From the NCBI GenBank assembly GCA_043228905.1, contig JBHGNT010000012.1:16120001-16184000 (forward strand): 64,000 nucleotides of DNA, in the 5' to 3' direction. Numbering within the stretch: the first letter of the stretch is position 1; each line of letters starts with the position of its first letter. Source of the DNA: Azolla caroliniana. Lineage: Eukaryota; Plantae; Polypodiophyta. Shown in pieces: positions 51,334-64,000 of this stretch. The notes below the pieces were generated by a model. That model was given only the letters and a program-made list of their open reading frames with translations, ran no database searches and was not told where the DNA came from. A program made the position numbers and the translations under genes.

Positions 51334-54300
51334 TGATAGGAACTACTCGCTCCCGATGAACAACACTCGGCCACAACCGAGTCTAAAATCAAACACAGAA
51401 AATGGATAATGAACGCACGACACAAAGGACAGAAGAGTACACAGGATGTTTAACGTGGAAAACCCTGAGAGGGAAAAACCACGGGAGTTCACAGACTCCA
51501 AACTATCACTATATCACAATGATTACAACAGTGAGCTCACAGAGGCAACAACCTCGTGCTCACGATCTTCGCCATAGGCGGCGGTTACAACAGAGGCAAC
51601 GACCTCTTCCTCTCTCTCTCTCTCTCTGTACACTGTTACGCACTCTCTAGTCTTGTGCCAACAAGAATGACAACTACATACTAAGTTTGCCCTAAGTCAT
51701 ATTTATACTAATATGACTTTTCGGCTATTTACAAATATAGCCCCGATGGACTCTCAGAAACATATTTATGAATATGTCCCTTCATCCGGTGAGCACTCCT
51801 CACTGGGCCTGCGTCATCCGGCGCTTGCCGGGCACACGTCATCTGGTTCTCACCGGGTCTTCCGTTGTCGGGTACTTCACATCCGGTTCTCACCGGGTCT
51901 TCACCATCTGGCTCTCACCGGGTCATCCCATCCGGAGGGACCTGTTTCCTAACAAACTCCCCCTTCACTCCGGCATGGGATGTCTTAGTAGTCCGACCCC
52001 CTTCCGACATGCATCTAGCTTGTCAGGTGTCAGTACTTTGGTCAACATATCTGACCCGTTCTCGGCCGTGTGGATCTTCGTCAGTGCGAACTCCTGGTCA
52101 TCTACTCTTTCCTGGATCCAGTGATACCTACGCTGGATATGCTTCGTCCGGGAATGGTAGGCCGCATTCTTAGCAAGGTGGATGGCACTTTGACTGTCGC
52201 AATTGAGCCGATATTCATCTTGCCGGATACCCAGCTCTCCGATGAAGTCCTTCATCCATAATATTTCCTTGTCGGCTTCCACAGCCGCCATGTACTCCAC
52301 CTCCGTGGTTGACAACGCAACCGTCTTCTGCAGCCTCGACTGCCACGAAACAGCTCCCCCTGCATATGTCATTACATACCCGGATGTAGACCGGCTGATA
52401 TCCACATCAGCCGACATGTCCGAATCGGTAAAACCGTTAAGTTGAGGTTTTTCGGAGCCGAATCGGAGACACATATTTGAAGTGCCCTTCAAGTACTAGA
52501 GTATCCATTTGACCGCGTTCCAGTGCTCCTTGCCGGGATTGCTCATAAACCAGCTCACCACTCTGACTGCATATCCTATATCCGGTCGGGTACACACCAT
52601 TGCGTACATTAAGCTCCCGATGGCAGAGGCATATGGAACCTTCATCATATTCGCCTTCTCTGCTTTCGTCTTCGGGCTTTGCTTATCGGATAACCTGCAG
52701 TTTGCCGGAAGTGTCGATCCGACCGGTTTCGCATCTGACATGTTGAACAGCTGAAGCACCTTTGTCACGTACTTCTCCTGTGACAGCCACAATTGCTTCG
52801 TTGGCCGGTTCCGGATGATATGCATACCCAGCATCTGGAACCCTTTCACCACGATCCTAGCTTTGTATCTCGGGGGGTTGTCGGCATCTCCCGGTTTCAA
52901 CTTGTACACCCACTTGTTTCGGAGTGCCCTCTTTCCTTTCGGCAACTCCACCAATTCATATGTATGGTTCTCATGCAGGGAATCCATCTCATCCTGCATG
53001 GCACTTAACCATTTGCGGCTATGGGCGTCACTTTTAGCTTCCTCGAAGCTTTCTGGCTCCCCCTCATCGGTTAGCAACACATGCTCTGCATGCGGACATC
53101 TCCGGGGGGCCCTTCTCTCTCTGAGAGGATATCTCCATCTTTGGGCTTCGGTAACCGGCTCCTCCATTTGCTCTTCATCCAAATCCAATTTGGGATCTTG
53201 GCCAGTTTCGGTTTCAGCTTCCTCTACTCCTTCTGTCGGTTCGGTATCCTCACCGTAACCGGTTGGTTCCTTGAGTGTTAACCGGTCTCTTGCCGATTGG
53301 GTCTGCTCATCATAGAATTGATCCTTACCGGTTGACTCGGAGTTCATTATCTTCTTCTCCGACTCCCAGTCGGCGAGCGTCTTGTCCTCCATGAAGACAA
53401 TATCTCGACTCCGGAATACCTTCTTGTCAACCAGGTCCCACACTCGGTAGCCAAACTCATCGTCACCGTAACCGAGGAATATGCATGGCCGGTTCTTTTG
53501 ATCTAACTTTCCTCTCCGGTCCTTAGCTACATTCACGTACGCGAGACACCCGAACACCTTCAGATGCCGGTAAGACACTTCCTTACTGGTCCACACTCTC
53601 TGCGGCGTGTCTCCGTCCAAGGGTACTAAGGGTGATCTGTTTATCACATATGTTGTCGTCGACAGTGCCTCAGCCCAAAACTTCTTGGGTAGTTTTGAAT
53701 GCACCAGCATACTCCGGACCCTCTCCATTATGGTCCGGTTCATCCTCTCGGCCAGCCCGTTTAGTTCAAGCGTCTTCGGCACGGTATATTTGAGCCGGAT
53801 TCCCTTCGAGCGACAGTACTCCTCGAACTGCCCCCGGTATTCACCTCCGTTATCTGCTCGAACCGCCTTCAGCTTCCGGCCGGTTTCTCTTTCCATTCTC
53901 ACGTGGAGCTCTTTGAAGACGGATAGCACCTGATCCTTCGTCTTCAACGGTGTGGCCCACAGCTTCCGGCTGTGGTCATCTATGAACGTCACGAAGTACT
54001 GCGATCCTGCATGTGACTTCGTGTCCACTTGACACACATCAGTATGCACCAACTCCAGTGGTGCATTACGTCTCATCGGTGGCCTTGGTTAGAAGGAGTT
54101 CCGGTTTTACTTACCGGCCAGACAATTGGTGCAAGCCTCTTCATCTCCTTCTCGCTCATGTGACACAGCCTTTTGTGCCACAGCTCACCGGCAGTGTCGG
54201 ATGCCACGTTCACTTCCTTCGGACATAACCGGGCATTCATCAGGTACAGTGTGTTTACCTTCCGGGCCCGAGCCACAATCAGGCTCTCTTTGCTGAACTT

Positions 54301-56084
54301 CATAACACCGTTCCGAATGCTACCCGTGTAGCCTTCATCATCTAGCCGACCGGCTGATATCAGGTTCAAACAAACCTGCGGAACGTGTCGAACATCCTTC
54401 AGTAGCAGCTTGCATCCGGTTGGTGTTGTCAGCCACACGTCTCCTATGCCGACAATTCGGCATGTACCCTCATTCCCCATCCGGACACAGCCGTGATCAC
54501 CGGCTGAGTAAGATGAGAAGCATTTCCGATCCGGGGTAAGGTGGAACGACGCTCTGGAGTCGACCACCCAGGTCATCTCATCGCCGGCAAGATTTATCTC
54601 ACTCTCCTCGGTGATGAGCATCAACTCTTCTTCACTTGCCGCGATTGCCGTCGTTCCCTTCCGGTCCGTTCCCCTCCAGTCTTTACCATTCCGGTTCGGT
54701 GTCCGCTTCGAATCGGTACCGTCGGTTTCCTTGTCTTTTCAGAAATGCCGACAGTTCTTCTGGAAGTGTCCCGGCTTGCCGCAATAGAAGCAAGTAGGCC
54801 TCCCCCTTGACTTTGACCGTGTCCCCGACTTTTCCCGGTTATGGGGACTACGGTTCCTTTGTCTTACGCGTTCCGATTCGGTAAGGAGAGCTTTGGAGTC
54901 GGAGCTCGTATCCTTATCTTTCCGATGCGCTTCCTCATCTAGCAAACTTGACTTAACTCTTGCTAGGGATAACCGTTTCCCTTCCGGCCCGACATTGCCC
55001 AAGGTGACAACCAACGTCTCCCAGCTATCTGGGAGGGAACCGAGGAGTAGTGCTAGTACCTCATCGGCAAGAGGTACTTCCAATGATGTTGCCCAGTTGA
55101 TCAGCCCCTAGAAGGCATTCATGTGCTTCCGAAATACTGAAACCTGATTGGCAACATTTTTGTTCTGAAACATAATGTCGATCTTCTCCCAGACCTCATG
55201 AGCCTTGCTCTCTTCATTGAAGATGTTGTATAGACTCATGTCGATGAAGCACCGTATGTAAGCCGTTGTCTTCATGTGCATCACCTCCCATATCGCGGCG
55301 TCGATTTTGTCCGGTCTCTTGTCCCTGAACTGAACCGGCAGCCAAAGTTCTTTAACCACAAGCATGTCCCTCATCTTCGACTTCCACACTGAATAGTTGG
55401 AGCCGGTGAGCTTGAACATGCCTCCCAACGAATCGTCCATTTTTCTGTGTTGCCTCGCTCTGATACCACTTTGACAAGAACTACACGCTCCCGATGAACA
55501 ACGCTCGGCCACAACCGAGTCTAAAATCAAACACAGAAAATGGATAATGAACACACGACACAAAGGAGAGAAGAGTACACAAGATGTTTAACGTGGAAAA
55601 CCCTGAGAGGGAAAAACCACGAGAGTTCACAAACTCCAAACTATCACTATGTCACAATGATTACAACAGTGAGCTCACGGAGGCAATGACCTCGTGCTCA
55701 CGATCTTCGCCATAGGCGGCGGTTACAACAGAGGCAACGACCTCTTCCTCTCTCTATCTCTCTCTGTACACTGTTACGCGCTCTCTAGTCTTGCGCCAAC
55801 AAGAATGACAACAACTACATACTAAGTTTGCTCTAAGTCATATTTATACTAATATGACTTTTCGGCTATTTACAAATATAGCCCCGATAGACTCTCAGAA
55901 ACATATTTATGAATATGTCCCTTCATCCGATGAGCACTCCTCACCGGGCCTGCGTCATCCGGCACTTGCCGGGCACACGTCATCCGGGTCTTCCGTTGCC
56001 GGGTACTTCACATCCGGTTCTCACCGGGTCTTCACCATCCGGCTCTCACCGGGTCATCCCATCCGGAGGGACCTGTTTCCTACA
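51334..56084 (-). mobile_element. Element J: Ty1/copia LTR retrotransposon (RT partly deleted) inside the integrase of I
   Basis: LTRs at 51334-51954 and 55472-56084; TSD CCAAG; PBS TGGTATCAGAGC; PPT GAAGGGGGAG. Confidence 0.95.
51965..55440 (-). pseudogene. Copia J gag-pol
   Basis: KLTGSNYSVWK; CFYCGKPGHFQKNC; WVVDSRASFH; FIDDHSRK; RT core missing between VVKGFQ and MLGM; FTDSDMSAD; SRTKHIQRRYHW. Confidence 0.93.
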
Positions 56085-59000
56085 CCAAGACCCAGTCGCC
56101 TTCCTCGACCTTCCTTGGTCGCAACCGGTGCGTTCGGTTGAATCGGGCCTTGTTCCGCTCCCTTGCCGCCCGCAGCTTTTCCTTCTCCCGTTTCATGTCC
56201 TCCGGCCTCCGCTCGAGTTGCCAAATCCGCGCTGCCAACAACTCCTCCCAGCTCATCTCGTCCTTCCAATCTACCGCCGCCCACGAAGAAACCGTCTGTT
56301 CCACCGGCATGATCGGCTTCTGTCCATACATCAGCTCTGCCGGCATAAACCCTGTCACCGAACTGTGCATAGTTCGGTCCACCCATAGTGCGTAAGGAAG
56401 GAGTCGCGGCCAATTCCCGACCTGCCCTCCGCATGCACGCACCAACATCTTTACAATCGGCCCGTGCCCACGTTCTACCTTCCCGTTCGCCTCTGGATTG
56501 TACGTCGTAGTGAGGGAGAGTTTGACCCCTAGCCGGTCGAACAGCTCCTCAGCTTCCTGTGCATCCAGCTCTCCCTGGTCCGCCGCGATCTTCCCGACGC
56601 ACCCGTACCGACACACTACCTCTTCGATCAGGAACCGGCATACCGCCGCGGTTGTCTTGTTCTGCAGTGCACGGCCTTCCACCTGGTTCGTTAAATCTTC
56701 TCGCACAAGCACCAGGTATCGCATTTGTCCTACTCCCATCGGCATTGTCACCAAGTCTACCATCCACTTGAAATGGACCGTAGGCGGGTAGGTCGGGTGT
56801 AGCTCGTCCCGATGTCGGACTACGGAGTGCATCTGACAGCTTTTGCAAGTCGTTACGAACCGATGCACGTCCTACTACAGCCCCGGCCACCAGTACTTCT
56901 CCTTCAGCTTCTCGAATGTGGCCCACGTTCTGCGGTGCCCGGCCCAAGGACTCTCGTGAAATGCCGCCAGTAATTCCTCCTGTTCTTCTTTCTTTGTCAC
57001 TACTCGGAGCGGGATGTCGTTTCTTTTCTTTGGGCGCCTCCATATGCACCCGTCCTGTAGGAAGAATCGGTACGCCTTCTTCCGTACCCGGCTCGCCTCT
57101 TCTCTCGTCCACACTGCATCCGGCGTCATCGCCCGTAGGAACCTCCCGATTTGGAGCCACTCCCCGTCGTACCTGCTTTCGTCAAATTCGTTAAGCGCCG
57201 GAGTGTCCCCTTTGCTCGTCGTTACGTTAGCCGACCCGAAGAAGTCCTCACCGACTTCTTCGTCATCCGAAACCATGTACTCTTCATCGTTGAACCTCGC
57301 TCTCGAAAGCATGTCGGCCATGGCGTTAACTTTTCCAGAGATGTGTCGTATCTCCGGGTTCAAGGACTTAATGTACGCTATCCACCGAAGCATTGCTAGG
57401 TCCGGCGTCGCGCATCCGGAAACCATGCCGAGTATCGGCAGGCAGTCTGTCTCGATGATCACCTCCGTCCCGATCAGATAGTCCTTGTCGGCCTTGACTG
57501 CCGAAACGATACCCCAAAGCTCGCGCTTAACTTGGGCATATCCTCGCTACCGCTCGCTCAATACCTTCGCCCCGAACTGGATCGGGAACCGTACGCCGTC
57601 CTTGTCCTCCTGACTAATTACCCACCCGATCCCGGTCGGGCTCGTGTCCACCGTCATGCAAATGGGGACATCCTTGCCGTAAACCACTTTTCAGAGAGCC
57701 GGTGCTACCGTAAGCGCCTCCTTTAGTCTCCGACCGACTCCGTGTGCTCTGTCATCCACTCAAAGCTAAGCCCCCTTTTCAATAGTCCGTAGAAGGGTTC
57801 CGCGACATGTGCATGGTGCGGGATCCAGATGTGGTAGAACGCGCATGCACCCAAGAATCTGCGGACCTCCGTAACCGACCCGCAATCGTTCCTCATCCCG
57901 GAGATGGCCTCTACCTTTGCCGGAGACGGTTTCCTACCGTAAGTCCCGCATAGGTGTCCGACCACCAGGATCTCCGACTGCCCGAATGCCGATTTTTCTC
58001 CGGAGAAGGTGAGTCGTGCGCTCTCGAGCCTCTGCAGCACCTTCTTGCAGTTGTTGATGTGGTTCACGATGAACCCCCGGCATCCGTCTGGCCCGACAGT
58101 CTCGTCCGCATCTTCCACCAGACACCCCTTTATCGGGATGTCATCCAAGAATGGCATGGTGATGTCTGGGATGCGTTCACCATATGCGCCACCGAATTCG
58201 TCCCACCTTGTGGTAGGGTGCACATCCAGAGTAGGCCGAGAGGAGTTCGCATCGTCATGATATCCCTGCTCTCCACGGCTAGCTGGAACTGGTCGTACCC
58301 CGAGTATATGTCACCGACTGAATAGATCGACCTTCCAGCGAAGGCCTCCACGAACTCGTCTATGGTCGGTCCGATTCCTGCGTTACGGATGGTCAACCTG
58401 TTGACCGGTTGCAGGTCCTGAATGAAGCGCAACGTGCCGTTCTTCTTCGGCACCGTAAACCACCGATTCGAATATGGGGCACTCGACGGTTCGAGGATGC
58501 CCATCTCCACCTTTTGCCTTAGAAGCTCCATCAACTTCGGAATGTGAGCTCTCGGCACCGGAATTGGTTTGAGATTCCACGGTACATGCGGTACCATGAA
58601 GATCACCATCGGTTCGACGATCGTCGGGTCCACGCACCCGATCTCCTCCGGCGAGAACACGAAGGCTTTCCCATCCCTTCCGAGCATTCTCCGAAACCTG
58701 TCCTCCACCGGCAGTAGAAAGCCACCCCCACCAACCTTGAGCTCCCGTAGCGTTATGTCGTGAACCGGTGCCCTATGCCAACCGGATTCCGTAAACTTGG
58801 GTCTGACGCGACCCCTTTTATCCGCTCCTCGCTGCCTTCCGGTCCACAGTCTTGTACTTTGTATTCACGCGGGCCATCCGATCCGACCCGATCCTTTCCC
58901 CGAAGTCCTCAATGACTTCGTACATTCCCATCAAACTAACTGGAATGGTCCGGTCTTCTCTAAGGTCTTCACCGATCACCTTTCGCAACTCGCCCAAGGT

Positions 59001-61318
59001 GTCGTCAAAAAAGACCACCTCCACGGCGCCACTGATTTCTTCGTCAGGGGAGAGGACTCTACATCCCCTGAGCCGCTCCTCCGCTCACTTCCTCTCCCAG
59101 CCGCTGACGCCGGCTATAATACAACCTCCGTTTTCAGAGAACCAAAACTTCCTACCTACTGTACATGTGTGGGGTTCGTCTGGTACGTCCGGACCACCGC
59201 GGCCCCACGCCTTGATAGCCCTCTCTAAAAATCCCCTCAGTTGTCGCCGCTCAGGGTCTCGCGATTCCTCTCATGGTTCGGACGTACGGTCATGAATTGG
59301 ACGGACACGCGCGCGTACGCCGAACCGTTGTCCAGCACCTTCGTCTCCATGCGTGTTGCCGTAATGTACAGTTCGCCAAGAATCACCAGGTGTGAGGATG
59401 TTTCCTGCACAAAGAAATGTTGATCTATCTCGACGTCGTCAATCTTTACACGTACATTCGGGCACGCACCATGCAGCTCCTCCGTAGCACGCATCGCCGC
59501 GCGTATCTTCCACCCATGCTTGGTGTTGATCGGCCATTTACCCTTCTTGTAGAAATCCATGGACATCAGGTTGATTTCGGATCCATGGTCTACCAAGGCC
59601 ACCACCGATTCAGGAACGTCGCCGATCCGCACAAGGGTTTCCGTGGTTGCCCTGGCCCAGTGCAGCTTCGCGTAGTGGCTTTCCACCAACTCGTCTTCTT
59701 GGGTCGTGTCTTCTAAGTGCGTAGTCCGCACCTACGCCGGTTTCTCCGATTCCGGCTCCGTCGAGAGCCTCTTCCGCTTCACCAAGTCTACAATGGAGTC
59801 GTGGAACTCCCTCTTGGCGATTCTCAGCACCTCCTGCAACGACAGCTCCACTTTACTGTCGAGGATCCGCTCTTCAAGGACCTTCCGTAGCTCCGTTGCT
59901 CTCTCGATTTCGGTGCTCAACCAAAACCCCGCCTGCTTCTTCCCATCCGGCGTGCCTAGGTGGCCGGCACCAATTGGTTTCAGTCTGAAACGGGTCTAGT
60001 ACCTCTGCGGGGGACCGGCCCCTCCGGCCTTCCCTGCCCGTTTTTCTTCCACCAAAACCTCGTAGTTCTGGCAAGTGGCTTCTACGCAACCCGTTTTCTC
60101 TTCGACCGGATCGTCCCATCCGGTGACCTCCTGGACCCGTTGTTCCGCGCGGTCCACCTCTTCCTTCTTCAGCCGAGCCCCGGAGAGGCCTTCTAGCACT
60201 AGCGGCCAGAATCCGGGTCTCATCACCCCCGACCCAAATTCCCGTTGACGCTGAGTATTTAACGGCTTCTACATGCCGTGCCGCAGCCCCTTCCATCAAC
60301 CTCTTCATTCCGTCGCACCCCGTATTCAGTTCTAGGGCTCTCCGGGTCTCGCTCGCGTGCACCCGCCCGTTCCAGAGGTACACCACGTTAGTCCAAAGTG
60401 TGTCGGCGAAATCCGCGCAATCCTTCCGAATGTGACCGATCGCGTCACACCACATGCACCGCTACCCAACCGGCGGCCTCCGGTCGCGAGGTTGCTCGCC
60501 GCTGTCTCTCCGGGCCTGTGCGATCTGTAGGTCGCGCACCATTTGTGTCAGCTCCTCCAGAGCCGCTTTTGCGGATGGGCCTTTGACCACGTCGTTCGAT
60601 GCCGACCCCAACTCCAGCCAAATTTGGGTCTCTTCCTTCCTTCCGGCTGGCACCAATACCAGCTCCCCGAGCCTCCTCGCCGGGACCGATCCTGACTCCG
60701 ACGAGCTTTCATCTCTGCACTCGCACCGTTTGTCGAAACGGCTGCAGACCCGTTTTACCACAGCCCAGTCTCCCGTGAGCCCTTCGTCCATCTCCAATAG
60801 GGGACCCACCTTTTCCCTTTTGAGCGCGTCCACTGACTTGACAAACAATAGTACTCGACTCGTTTCAAGCACAGTCCGGTCCACCGTCGACAGCCGCACG
60901 AATCATTTTTCGAACTCCTGGAGGAGCACCAACGTGTTCCTCCCTTTTCCGGGGCTTTCCACCCACACCATGAAGTCCTGCCTCGATAGCCGAAGAGAGT
61001 CATCAAACCCGTACTTCTCGAGGAGCTGCAGCTCGAACTCCTCCCAAGTCTGGCATCCGGCCATCACCTCGAGCACCTCCGCATGGATGCTCGACGTCAC
61101 CACCCAAGGGAATCCAGACAGCCACCTGTCCACCGGGATATCCCTCATGATCATACCAGCCCGGTAAGCCTCCAAATAACTTGTGGGATTCTTCCCACCG
61201 AGGCCTATGCTGCCGACAATCGATTCAATGGCTCTGTCGAGGGTACCCATCCCCTCGCGAGCGCTCACCAGCCGGTCGACGGCTACTGCCATTGCCTCTG
61301 CTAGCTCCGATCCCCTCA
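56085..61318 (-). pseudogene. Element I gag-protease-RT-RNase H-integrase, disrupted; integrase tail at 51069-51333
   Basis: CMWCDAIGHIRKDC; LVDHGSEINLM; TLPQGGTNS..FLDDIPIKG; ETDCLPI; HESPWAGHR; YNPEANGKVERGH; RWFGPY. Confidence 0.92.
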
Positions 61319-62050
61319 TCTTCTGATTCCTTTGCCGCCTTTTCACGTCGGGTTCACCAAATATGTTGCGAAGTTTCGCGTTTGCGTGTAGGAAGAGGCA
61401 GGACCACGGGGGTCTTGGACCAAGGAGAGAGAGAGTGAGAGAGAGTGAGAGAGAGAGAGAGAGAGAGTTGCAGATACACAAAAAGAGATTAAGAGCAAGA
61501 AAACAAGAATACGATTACTATAATCAATAGCTTACAACTCGAACAGTTACAACCAACAACCCGGTAATGGACCTGACACGGGGTCCTACTCACGCACACC
61601 GACGACAGCCACACGACTCGAAGAAACAAAAGGGGAAGGGGAGAGAGAGAGAGAGAGCCTCTGCTAGAAGCACACGGGCTATCCACGAAGCAAAGGCAGC
61701 GAACTCCCGTCACCCATAGAGAACGACGATCGGAGGAGAGAGAGCTCGGCACTCGGTTCTACAGCAGCACTTCGTCCTCGCCAACGCGCGATACCCTCTC
61801 CTCCTTCTCTCCCTCTTTAAATAGTTCGCAAAGGGGGGACCGTTCTTCCCTAGTCAAATCGCTTTATTCCCTGTCCCTTTCAACAGAGATACGCACCAAT
61901 CCTCTAATAAATATGTACTACCTAGTATTTACATCAGCCGACCTAATTATGAATTATGTCCACAATATCAATTATCGCGTCCACCTATGTGAGAGCCGGT
62001 TCATGCACCTTTTTCTCTGATTCTGCCTATGGCCGGTTTTCTTCACGACA

Positions 62051-62630
62051 CCGGTCGGCTTGATCAGTCAATTTATGTTGCAGCCCACGGCCGAACACTT
62101 TCAGTGTGCGCAAAGGATATTGCAATATGTCTGCGGCACTAATGACATGGCATTGATGTATCGGGCAGGCGTTGTCGAACAATTAGTTGGCTACACGGAT
62201 GCCGATTGGGCCGGAAATGCCCACGATCGTAGATTCACATCCAGATACGCATTCTCTTTGGGAAGTGAGGCGATCATGTGGCGCAATAAGAAGCAGCCGA
62301 CAGTAGCGTTGTCGAGCACGGAGGCCAAATATCGAGGGGCAACTATCGCTACATGCAAAGTCATTTGGCTAAAACGGCTATTACAAGATTTGCATGTGGA
62401 GGTGTCCGATCCGACGATGATCTATTGTGATAACCTCAGCAGTATCGACCTTGCGAAAAATGTTGTATTCCACGCCCGGACCAAGCACATTGAGGTGCAC
62501 TACCATTTTGTCCGCGAGCGTGTTCCCACAGGTTGGTAGATTGCCAACATCTTCACCAAGCCCCTTGGTCTCGACCAGTGGCAGCATTTCTCGGGTGGGT
62601 TGGGTTTGCGTCACCTCGACACGCCAAACT
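62051..62630 (+). pseudogene. Copia D RNase H
   Basis: GYTDADWAG; VALSSTEAKY; FHARTKHIEVHYHFVRE. Confidence 0.93.
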
Positions 62631-63401
62631 TGAGGGGGAGACAGGACAAGAGCGTGTGCGTGAAAGGAGCGGTAGTGACTGCAATGCCAAATCGGATGAA
62701 AAATTCGATTTCGGGTCGGCTGAAGAAGCCGAAGAAGAAAACAGGGGCCGTAATTGCAAGGAAGAGCCGAAGACAGCCAAACAAAGGGGAAATACAGCCA
62801 AGAAGGGCGTAAAGGCCAAGACCAAAATGTGGTCTGATGTAGTCAAGGTCCTGAAAACAGAAGACGAATTGGAGACAGCCAATTTGGGCAAAACTGGAAT
62901 TGAATCGGTGGTTACCGATTCAATCGAAATGTTCGATTCGGACATTACAAATCGACTGAGGGCCAAGCAGAGGAAAGGGCAGCGAAAGAGGCGCCAACAC
63001 TGCGATAGCAAGGGAACTGGGAAGAGCGCAGAATCGAAATGGTCGAGGAGTGCGAGCGAGGCGTGAAGCCAGGAGAGGCCGGAGCGAAGATCTGGAGAAG
63101 CAGATGGAACCTCAAGTTGAGCTTGAGGGGGAGTGTTGAGAGACAAGCTCAACATTGGGTGCGTAGACTAGGTGCGTAAAACCGTACGCACAATATGGCC
63201 GTGGCGGTGTGTAAACCAAGAGGCCGTTAGAACGTTATTCCTCGTAAGTAATAATTTTGGGAGTAAGTGTAGGATGCTCATTTATGAGCAGTCAAGTAAT
63301 AAAAGTACTTGTGTCATCCCAATAGTTAGGGCTCGTATAAAGGGTGCTCACTGAGCACAAAGTGTATATAGAGAATTATTTTTTAATATAGTTTCGTTTC
63401 T

Positions 63402-63463
<62 letters not shown>

Positions 63464-63735
63464 TCTCTATGATTTCTATGTTTTACCGAACTGTCGTACT
63501 TCCAAACCGTGTACTCTGTCTCTTTCTCATACGCTTACGCACACGTATTCTTTTACAAGGAAAAGGTAGCGAATATCTACAACAGAGATAAAAGGGGGAA
63601 ACCACAGAGAGAAAGCAAACTCTCACTCACTTGCTCACACTCACTAACTCGCTCTCTCTCTCCCCACGCTACTAAGTGGAAGACCAGTTTTTGGCCTTTT
63701 CACACTTGGCATGTACCGTGGGTACATGTATAACA

Positions 63736-64000
63736 CAATACCTCCTTACCCTTGACAATTACTTTTACGGCTGGATTTTGCTCATCTTGCACCTCCGGTC
63801 CTTCACTTGGTTGGGAAAAATTGATCCATGCTATCGACAGTTTGTCTTTTGTTGCACATGTTGTCCAAGTTTCCCTGAATTGAGGTACCAGATTTAATAA
63901 TCCCCTTAATGACATAGTGATTTGGTAGTCAGTCAAGGCCTGCGAAGTCGGATCTTCTTCAATGGGTTCTTTAGTCATTGGGATTGTTGTTTGGATTGAG
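63736..64000 (-). pseudogene. Element F gag C-terminus / protease N-terminus
   Basis: QITMSLRGLLNLVPQFRE..DEQNPAVKVIVKGKEV continues in frame into 33459 once G is removed. Confidence 0.75.

Larger units (their letters stand above)
50324..62050 (-). mobile_element. Element I: Ty3/gypsy LTR retrotransposon with tRNA-Trp-type PBS and 4-bp TSD
   Basis: LTRs at 50324-50996 and 61364-62050; TSD CCAG/CCGG; minus-strand PBS TGGTGAACCCGACGTGA at ~61343-61359; PPT at 50997-51010. Confidence 0.92.
42115..63557 (+). mobile_element. Element D: Ty1/copia LTR retrotransposon of the same lineage as A
   Basis: LTRs at 42115-42531 and 63134-63557; TSD AGGAA; PBS TGGTATTAGAGC at 42532; PPT TTGAGGGGGAG; proteins clearly homologous to A. 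Confidence 0.95.
33460..63735 (-). mobile_element. Element G: Ty1/copia LTR retrotransposon, internally deleted; 5' LTR split by Copia D
   Basis: 3' LTR 33460-33829; 5' LTR 41912-42114 plus 63558-63735; TSD CGGTA/CAATA; degenerate iMet PBS at ~41899-41910. Confidence 0.9.
31962..64000 (-). mobile_element. Element F: B/C-related Ty3-type element, outermost host of the right stack; pieces 31962-33459 and 63736->64000, continuing beyond the window
   Basis: LTR-like module 31962-~32468 with minus-strand CCTATAAAAAGG; shared tRNA-like motif; aspartic protease split by Copia G. Confidence 0.75.

Noticed and set aside
60454-61167. 237-aa plus-strand ORF
   Set aside because: Antisense shadow of the GC-rich gag of element I.

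Overview
A 64-kb block of deeply nested, mostly decayed plant transposable elements. The style is bryophyte/moss-like, but the host is inferred, not proven. There are no ordinary cellular genes, rRNA, functional tRNA or CRISPR arrays. Most boundaries could be fixed by termini plus target-site duplications (TSDs). Left stack: chromovirus H > Copia A (1161-21374) > atypical element B (3784-18093) > small CAC..GTG element > Sola2-like DNA transposon (4586-15179). H also hosts atypical element C (21766-25886) and Copia E. Right stack: atypical element F (31962 to beyond the window) > Copia G > [chromovirus K; Copia D (42115-63557) > (long-TIR TGT..ACA element > LINE; Ty3 element I > Copia J)]. The main oddity is the B/C/F family. 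B and C have integrase-type ends and TSDs but two different, outward-facing LTR-like modules; only one end of F is in the window. All three share a coiled-coil ORF and, where the polypurine tract should be, a conserved split tRNA-Arg-like motif with a covarying hairpin, i.e. a primer-binding site antisense to the coding strand. The second oddity is a complete Sola2-type transposon carrying RING and FCP1/NIF-like cargo and intronic palindromic satellites.
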